Origin: Minisyncoccota bacterium
Lineage (GTDB): Bacteria; Patescibacteriota; Minisyncoccia; Phycocordibacterales; UBA918
NCBI GenBank assembly: GCA_041688155.1
Contig: JBDNIW010000003.1
Span: 5,555-69,554, forward strand
Direction of reading: 5' to 3'
Length of the DNA: 64,000 nt
Shown: piece by piece, positions 58,701 to 64,000 of the stretch
Layout of the letters: each line of letters starts with the position of its first letter
How positions within the stretch are numbered: position 1 is the stretch's first letter
Notes under the pieces: model-generated
The model's database searches: none
Seen by the model: the letters and a program-made list of their open reading frames with translations, nothing else
Told to the model about the DNA's origin: nothing
Position numbers and translations under genes: made by a program

Positions 58701-58969
58701 TTTTCTTTATCAAACCGCGTGCGCGGTGCAAGGTACGCATCGAGACCAATGATGGGTTTGATCCCGCTGTACCCACATTGCTGGTAGAAATCAATCACCC
58801 CGTACATCGCCCCCGCATCAGTAATAGCCATCGCCGCTTGACCGTCGGCCACCACGGCCGCCACTAATTCTTTGGGTGTTGGTACCGCTTGCAATAGGGA
58901 ATACATCGAGTGCGTGTGCAGGTGCACAAACTCAGTTGGTAGGGGAGAAGACTTGGGCGTTTCTGACAT
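55736..58969 (-). CDS. dnaE: DNA polymerase III alpha subunit
   Basis: FVHLHTHSMYSL (PHP); RGSVAGS; PDIDMDF; HAAGVV; KFDFLG; YGFNKAHA; OB domain. Confidence 0.98.
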   Translation of the reverse strand: MSETPKSSPLPTEFVHLHTHSMYSLLQAVPTPKELVAAVVADGQAAMAITDAGAMYGVIDFYQQCGYSGIKPIIGLDAYLAPRTRFDKENPTDRPRSRLVLLAKTFKGYQNLIELVTKSNTEGFYYKGRIDDELLAQNKADLICIIPSFAGEVAQALKDSLPERAAERLDWYKSTFGDDCYLEITHHPEIFGHSENQDKIKALAKATNTPLVAAHDVYYMKPEDHLARETMIKIQSGGVVDTASNHDGAENFAFTTQAQMKEWFADTPEALANTVKIAEQCNVEITLGQDAWVFPDYIIESGREPDDELQITAYEGVTWRGMDIADAEVKTRLDYELEVIKMKGYAKYFLVVGDLLREARARGILTTIRGSVAGSLTTYVLGITNVDPLEYKLPFERFLNPERPSAPDIDMDFADNRRDEIIEYAKQKYGEDKVAQIGTFGTMAAKAAVRDVARALGHAYSTGDRISKLIPLGAQGFPMTIDRALVEEKELAELYKKDAESREVIDLAKQIEGRVRHIGVHAAGVVISPVPLNQYVPIQPDSKTGKFVTQYEMHSVGEDGVGLLKFDFLGIKNLAILADAVKRVKKIRNVDVDIENIPLDDTLTFEMLARGETMGLFQLNGTGMTSFLKQLKPSTIHDINAMVALYRPGPMEMIPQYIERKHNPSLVTFLDPRLEDILDRSYGVITYQDDVMMTSIKLAGYSWLEADKLRKAMGKKIPEVMAAEKDKLFQGLIDNGMTAQKAEQLWALIEPFAAYGFNKAHAASYGRVAYQTAYMKANFPVEYMSAVLTADSGDTERIYATIHECERMGIDVLPPDINESFADFSVVPGTQTIRFGLTTIKNFGAGIAEIIIDERKSNGTFESMQDFLTRIHDRGLNKKSLEALICTGAFDRFEQRSHLYGNLEVLLSYNREQVAGKAANQDSLFGGIEEVGGLTLYPTDTISQEQKLIWEKDLLGIYVSGHPLDQFVEEVKKRTPLAIVKSDGRQGVPVVTAGMIETVRELITKKGDKMAFVQLVSKDESMELVTFPECFETYRNLLVPGTCVAIKGKLNIRNDEPSILVDKMKLLDGPPAATSIN

Positions 58970-58987
58970 ATTGGGTAGTATAGCAAA

Positions 58988-59575
58988 ATGAAATACATCG
59001 TGGGTGTGGATGAAGCGGGCCGGGGGCCACTGGCGGGACCAGTAACCGTGGGATTGGTCAAAATTCCAGCTGATTTTGATTGGGCGCTCGTGCCTGGGGT
59101 GCGGGATTCTAAGAAAATCAGCGAGAAGAAACGGGAGGTTATTTATAAACTAGTGCTGGAGTTATACGTGGCAAAGAAGCTGTCGTACGTGGTCAAGTCA
59201 GTGTCGGCGGCTTCGATTGATAGTAAAGGGATTGCGCCGGCGATACGGCGGGCGATTGCAGCGGGAATGAGTGATCTAGAGTGTGACCCGGCTGATACGT
59301 TTATCAAACTCGACGGGTCGCTGCGCGCACCAGCAGAGTTTACCCAGGAAACCATCATCAAAGGCGACGACAAAGAGCAGGTGATTGGCCTCGCGTCCAT
59401 CATGGCCAAAGTCACCCGCGATCGATACATGGTGCAGCAGGACGCTCAGTACCCCAAATACGGCTTTGCCGCTCACAAAGGCTACGGCACTAAGTCACAC
59501 ATGGCTGCGATAGCGAGCCACGGCTTCACACCTATCCACCGCCGCAGCTATTGCAAAAACATCCAATTGTTGTAG
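58988..59575 (+). CDS. rnhB: Ribonuclease HII
   Basis: GVDEAGRGPLAGPV; DSKK; ASIMAKVTRD; HKGYGT; HRRS. Confidence 0.97.
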   Translation: MKYIVGVDEAGRGPLAGPVTVGLVKIPADFDWALVPGVRDSKKISEKKREVIYKLVLELYVAKKLSYVVKSVSAASIDSKGIAPAIRRAIAAGMSDLECDPADTFIKLDGSLRAPAEFTQETIIKGDDKEQVIGLASIMAKVTRDRYMVQQDAQYPKYGFAAHKGYGTKSHMAAIASHGFTPIHRRSYCKNIQLL

Positions 59576-59605
59576 AATGATTTTAAGTCAAAAAGGAGAG
59601 GAAAA

Positions 59606-59833
59606 TTGAGCAAAAGCAAAGTTAAGAAAATGTCCCATGGGTGCCGCCACTGCCCTGAGCGTGAAGATGAGCGCTGCCCACATGGAGGCAATGTGTACAA
59701 CGGTGTGAAAAAGTGGATTGACTGCCAAAGAAAACCGGCAGTTATAGCTGCAGAACCATTCCTTGGGAAACCTAAGACTTCACAAGAGTTGGTGGTAGAA
59801 GCCAGAGCAGCAAGAAAGACGCAGGTCAAGTAA
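59606..59833 (+). CDS. Small hypothetical protein, putatively Zn-binding
   Basis: SD aggag, then CRHC..CPH..C; hairpins and terminator downstream. Confidence 0.5.
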   Translation: MSKSKVKKMSHGCRHCPEREDERCPHGGNVYNGVKKWIDCQRKPAVIAAEPFLGKPKTSQELVVEARAARKTQVK

Positions 59834-59894
59834 AACAAAGACCCGATCTTCGAAGGCGGGTCTCAGTACTTTAATTTGGCCAGCATGGCTACCG

Positions 59895-59929
59895 GCCGAT
59901 ACACAACATGATTGTGTATCGGTTTTTTT
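59895..59929 (+). terminator. Intrinsic terminator
   Basis: ccgatacacaa-catga-ttgtgtatcgg followed by T7. Confidence 0.75.
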
Positions 59930-60085
59930 ATACTGAGTAGTACTTTAGAGCATTCCAGGAATCGCCGGCGGGCTAGAGCCGCCGATTCGGAGTTAAATTC
60001 AAAACAATCGCTATGCTCATTTTTTCATTTTTCCTTGCCTTTTTCACACAATTTGCTATAGTTCTGGCCACTAATACAAATATCT

Positions 60086-60475
60086 ATGGTAGTACGAATG
60101 CGACATACGCGGGCTCACACCGCAAACAGACGATCTCATCACGCGCTTGAAGCGCCGACGCTAGCGACCTGCGCTAACTGCGGATCACATCACCGACCAC
60201 ATCACATGTGTCAGGCTTGTGGATTCTACAAAGGCCGCTTGGTGATTGATATGCAAGCCAAAACCGAAGCCCGAACGGCCCGGATAACTGCTAAAAAGGA
60301 AGCTATCAAAGGACAGCAAGCCACTGAGGAAGTAGAAAATGTCGCCGACGCGGCTCCAGGAACCGGTTCAGAAGTAACGCCAGACCAAATCCCTGCTGGC
60401 AAAGGGGCAGCCATCGCCGCTCCAGAGATGGCCAAAGAAAAGCACTCAACTCCGCGCAAAGAACAGGCCGCTTAA
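60086..60475 (+). CDS. rpmF: 50S ribosomal protein L32 with long C-terminal extension
   Basis: RRSHHAL; CANCG..HRPHHMC..CGFYKG. Confidence 0.93.
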   Translation: MVVRMRHTRAHTANRRSHHALEAPTLATCANCGSHHRPHHMCQACGFYKGRLVIDMQAKTEARTARITAKKEAIKGQQATEEVENVADAAPGTGSEVTPDQIPAGKGAAIAAPEMAKEKHSTPRKEQAA

Positions 60476-60561
60476 TCCCCATCAGTACCGCTGCTTGCGG
60501 TACTTTTGTTCCGTATCCCTGGTATACTAGTAAGCAGTAATAGTTTAGTACATTTTAAGTC

Positions 60562-61464
60562 ATGGCCAATCGACACTTATCGCGCAGCATTGTTCTCCAG
60601 TCACTCTTTGAGTGGGATTTGAACGGATTAGAAAAACGGGCCGTGCACGATGTACTCGAGCGCAACGTAGCTGAATTTGCACCAAACAAAACCGACACGC
60701 CATTTATGACCAAGCTGCTCGACGGCGTGATGGGCAAACAAACCGAGATAGACCTCGTTATCGAAAAAGCTGCCCCTGAGTGGCCGATTGATCGCATCTC
60801 ACCAGTTGATCGCAACATTTTACGTTTGGGTTTATTTGAACTCCTATTCGCCGACCGGTCAGAAGTCCCGGCCAAGGTTGCCATTAACGAAGCTATCGAG
60901 CTCGCCAAACAGTTTGGCGGCGACAACAGTAGTCGGTTTGTCAACGGTGTACTCGGAGCAGTGTACAAAGAAATCGGTGAACCAGGTAAAGACGAGCAGG
61001 GCAATAAACGTAAAAAACAAGTGTCTTTTGAAGACATGCCCATCCAGCGTTTGTCAGGTGCGGTGGTGTACGCCGAGCACGAAGGCCAGATGTACCTAGC
61101 GCTAGTACACGACATATTTGGACACTGGACCCTCAGTAAGGGTAAAATCGAAGCGGGAGAAACTGTCGAAGACGGTGCTAAGCGTGAGCTCAAAGAAGAG
61201 ATCGGCCTAGACATCACTATCGAAGCTGAGCTCGGCAACAACGAATACGTTGCCAGTAACCCAGAGTTGGGCAAAGTCCGCAAACAAGTCCACTACTACC
61301 TCGCGCAGGCAGAGTACACCGAACTAGTCCTCGAGCAAAAAGGCGGTCTCGACGACGCCAAATGGTTCAAAGTAGCCGAAATCCTCGATCTTAATTTCTA
61401 CGAAGACATTTTACCGATTGTCACCAAAGCCATCACTATGCTAGTTGGCAGGAGTGGTAAATAA
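60562..61464 (+). CDS. nusB: NusB fused to a C-terminal NUDIX hydrolase
   Basis: RHLSR..LQSLFE; DRNILRLG; VAINEAIELAK.FG...FVNGVLG; then Nudix box GKIEAGETVEDGAKRELKEEIGL. Confidence 0.93.
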   Translation: MANRHLSRSIVLQSLFEWDLNGLEKRAVHDVLERNVAEFAPNKTDTPFMTKLLDGVMGKQTEIDLVIEKAAPEWPIDRISPVDRNILRLGLFELLFADRSEVPAKVAINEAIELAKQFGGDNSSRFVNGVLGAVYKEIGEPGKDEQGNKRKKQVSFEDMPIQRLSGAVVYAEHEGQMYLALVHDIFGHWTLSKGKIEAGETVEDGAKRELKEEIGLDITIEAELGNNEYVASNPELGKVRKQVHYYLAQAEYTELVLEQKGGLDDAKWFKVAEILDLNFYEDILPIVTKAITMLVGRSGK

Positions 61465-61497
61465 TGCTATCTTCCAACTACCTATCGTTATCCAGTT

Positions 61498-62211
61498 ATG
61501 GCCGAGTACGAACCAAATCCAGATTTACAAAAATTACAGACTATCATTGGGGCCCAATTCTTGGACCTCGATTTGTTGCGCTCAGCCATCACGCACCGGT
61601 CATATTTGAATGAGCACAAAGAAGCAACTTGGGATCACAACGAACGCCTCGAGTTTCTGGGGGATGCTGTGCTCGAACTAGTGGTGACTGATTTTCTTTA
61701 CAAAAAGTACCCCGAAAAACCAGAAGGCGAACTCACCGCCGTGCGGGCGGCGCTCGTGAACACCGTCTCGCTCTCAGCGGCGTCGGAAAAACTGGGGGTC
61801 AATGAGTTTTTGCTGATGAGCAAAGGCGAGGCTAAAGACGTCGGTCGGGCCCGGCAGTACATCCTCGCAAATATATTTGAAGCGTGTATCGGTGCGTTGT
61901 ACATGGATCAGGGCTACGACGTGGCGCAGACATTTATCGCCACCAACCTGTTCCCTAAAACCGATGAGATTGTCAACAAACGCCTCTGGCAAGACGCCAA
62001 AAGCCGGTTCCAAGAACTGGGTCAAGAGCACCACAGCGTGACGCCAACCTACGAAACCGTCGCCCAGGAAGGACCCGATCACGACCGCGTGTTTACCGTC
62101 GGGGTGTTCCTGCGCAAAGAACAAATCGCCGTCGGAACCGGCCGCTCCAAACAAGAAGCCGAGCAGGCTGCTGCCGAAGCCGCGATGAAACAGAAAGGTT
62201 GGGACAACTAG
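61498..62211 (+). CDS. rnc: Ribonuclease III
   Basis: NERLEFLGDAVL; dsRBD DAKSRFQE...GRSKQEAEQAAA. Confidence 0.97.
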   Translation: MAEYEPNPDLQKLQTIIGAQFLDLDLLRSAITHRSYLNEHKEATWDHNERLEFLGDAVLELVVTDFLYKKYPEKPEGELTAVRAALVNTVSLSAASEKLGVNEFLLMSKGEAKDVGRARQYILANIFEACIGALYMDQGYDVAQTFIATNLFPKTDEIVNKRLWQDAKSRFQELGQEHHSVTPTYETVAQEGPDHDRVFTVGVFLRKEQIAVGTGRSKQEAEQAAAEAAMKQKGWDN

Positions 62212-62228
62212 CGTGCTAGAATAATTGC

Positions 62229-62747
62229 ATGCAATCAGCTCGTCAAGGATTCACACTCATCGAAATACTGGTGGTCATTTCGCTTATTGGGATTCTAGCC
62301 TCGATAGTCGTTTTTTCAGGAAGTGAAGCCCGACAGGGGGCTGCTCTCACCAAAGAAGCAGCGACCCTAGAGCAGTTGAACCTGGCGATGAAATTGTACC
62401 GAGAAACCACGGGGCACTATCCGCCTAGTGTAGACAACTGTTCGATATGTAGGCTGCGCCCTGGTAGTAGTTATAACTATCCCCAAGCGCAAACTCGTTG
62501 GCAGTCGGTAGTCGCAGCACTCGCGCCAGACTATATTGGTAGCTCGATTAGTGCCGATGCCTGGGGCAACCCCTATGCGTACGATAACAATTATCGGTTT
62601 GCCAACTCTAGTTTATACACCATTCTATGCAGTATGGGGCCAGATGGTGTGCTGCAGACGTTTTTGCCGGCTAATCAATCTGACTACGTGTTGACTCAGC
62701 CCGATCCACCGGTGCGGGGTGATGATATTTGTTTATTTATATTATAA
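62229..62747 (+). CDS. Prepilin-type (type IV pilin / GspG-like) protein
   Basis: GFTLIEILVV; DAWGNPYAY. Confidence 0.9.
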   Translation: MQSARQGFTLIEILVVISLIGILASIVVFSGSEARQGAALTKEAATLEQLNLAMKLYRETTGHYPPSVDNCSICRLRPGSSYNYPQAQTRWQSVVAALAPDYIGSSISADAWGNPYAYDNNYRFANSSLYTILCSMGPDGVLQTFLPANQSDYVLTQPDPPVRGDDICLFIL

Positions 62748-62754
62748 TTATTAT

Positions 62755-63462
62755 ATGTTACGGGTGCCAATCAATCGGTTGTCTGGATTCACCTTATTGG
62801 AGGTGATGGTGACAGTGACTATCGTTGCTATTTTGACAACGGTGGTAGTTACTAGTTTTGGCACGGCCCGAGAACAGGCCCGTGATGCGCAGCGAAAAAC
62901 TGATTTGCGTACTGTCGAGGCTGCGCTAGCGTTATATAAGAACAAGTACGGCAGGTACCCGGCGGCCTGCAATGGCCCGACTACAGGTAGCACACCAGAA
63001 TTTTCAGGACAGGTCGGAACCGCCCATGTCTGCCCCTTAGACAGTGTTCAATATATCGTTGGACTGGCACCAGAATTTATGCCAAAACTGCCGGTTGACT
63101 TGAAATTAAACGGGGATGATTCAGGGTTTGTGTATGCAGTAAATACTGAAGGATCGGTCTACAAATTTATGGCCCTCAATACGGTCGAAACTGAGGTAGT
63201 GGGGCTAGGGGACGAATTCTCGCGCTGTGACCCTAGTTGGCTCTTAGGTACTGGTTCGACGTCTTACCAAGACCCTGGGCTCTGTCGACGCACACCAACT
63301 GCCGCGGGAGGTGCAGGGTCTAATCCAACTGTAGTCTGTGCCAATGCTATACGCTACGAAACATCATATGCTGTTTCAGCAGGCTTTTCTTCAGACAGTC
63401 GCGGGTCGACTAATCCAGATCGCGGTCAGGAATATGATACAGAGATTATCCGCTGTGGCTAA
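62755..63462 (+). CDS. Prepilin-type protein, Cys-rich
   Basis: GFTLLEVMV; AREQARDAQRKTDL; LPVD. Confidence 0.9.
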   Translation: MLRVPINRLSGFTLLEVMVTVTIVAILTTVVVTSFGTAREQARDAQRKTDLRTVEAALALYKNKYGRYPAACNGPTTGSTPEFSGQVGTAHVCPLDSVQYIVGLAPEFMPKLPVDLKLNGDDSGFVYAVNTEGSVYKFMALNTVETEVVGLGDEFSRCDPSWLLGTGSTSYQDPGLCRRTPTAAGGAGSNPTVVCANAIRYETSYAVSAGFSSDSRGSTNPDRGQEYDTEIIRCG

Positions 63463-63512
63463 GGGATAACTGACGTCGTCCAACTTGATTTCAGTGGTAG
63501 TATCTATATATT

Positions 63513-64000
63513 ATGTTTGCCCGTCGCGGATTTACCCTCATTGAAGTCCTAGTGACTATTTCCATCATTGCTATTTTGGCGAGTATTATTTACGTGAGTT
63601 TTGGAGAAGCCAGAGAAAACGCCCGCAACAAAGCTTTGACAGTTGAGCTAAAAGAGGTGCAGCTAGCACTCGAGACATACCGCGCGCAAAAAGGTTTTTT
63701 CCCGCTACCAGCTGCACCCTGTCAGGTGACAGGGGCTGGCGAACTGTATGCTACTGACAACTGCAGTACTCCCTACATTTCAAACCTGATGCCAGAATTT
63801 ATTTCGACTTTGCCTAGTAGTGCTGATTCCGGTAACGATAATTGTGCCATCGAGTATCGCACCGACACAATTGGGAGTTGGTTTAAATTAACCGCGATCA
63901 ACTGCCTGTCTGGTGTCGATGCGACCACCGGTGCAGGTCCAAACAAACCGCTTGCTCGATGTTCCAATATATGTAGTCCAGTTGGTAGGTGTAATCCAGT
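63513..64000 (+). CDS. Prepilin-type protein (3' truncated by window; absent from the ORF track)
   Basis: MFARRGFTLIEVLVTISIIAILASIIYVSFGEARENAR..., open to the window end. Confidence 0.88.
   Translation, partial: MFARRGFTLIEVLVTISIIAILASIIYVSFGEARENARNKALTVELKEVQLALETYRAQKGFFPLPAAPCQVTGAGELYATDNCSTPYISNLMPEFISTLPSSADSGNDNCAIEYRTDTIGSWFKLTAINCLSGVDATTGAGPNKPLARCSNICSPVGRCNP

Noticed and set aside
60555-61283. Long antisense ORFs (also 26060..26698, 35092..35742, 32664..33245 and others)
   Set aside because: They lie opposite well-conserved genes and show no recognisable motifs.
62229-64000. Diversity-generating retroelement targeting the pilins
   Set aside because: No reverse transcriptase and no template/variable repeat pair differing at adenines was seen in the window.

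Overview
The gene content and organisation point to a Patescibacteria/CPR (Parcubacteria-like) chromosome. This is inferred from the truncated PheS, PheT, ThrS and RF1, the NusB-NUDIX fusion, the tandem pilins and the lack of Shine-Dalgarno sites on core genes. Left to right: (1) a surface-glycan locus (1-11.7 kb) with five GT4-fold genes, four SAM methyltransferases (one broken by two TGA stops), an asparagine-synthase-like amidotransferase and a Wzx flippase, whose distal half is visibly AT-rich; (2) an accessory hotspot (12-15 kb) with a thermonuclease, a BrnT/CopG-type toxin-antitoxin (TA) cassette flanked by a ~69-bp direct repeat, a DUF2283-like gene with a truncated partner, and a self-contained ~96-nt structured RNA candidate; (3) an O-antigen-ligase/TPR gene and core genes (murB, secA, obgE, gatB, gap, rpiB, rpe, split transketolase, pfkB family, rplY, rpmE2, prfA, rpsB, tsf, tRNA-Thr, pheST, gyrB); (4) a sortase locus with a VPYTG surface protein that carries a large post-membrane domain; (5) thrS with a T-box leader that has an ultrashort Stem I; (6) a RelE-type TA pair, dnaE, rnhB, rpmF, nusB-NUDIX, rnc and three tandem pilins. 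No CRISPR array, integrase, transposase, reverse transcriptase or rRNA was seen. The best candidates for undescribed biology are the orphan RNA at 14772-14867, the sortase/VPYTG system, the short-stem transcriptional T-box, a possible miniature 6S-like RNA before rpsB, and the repeat-flanked TA cassette. All calls come from motif recognition and manual base pairing, with no database searches.
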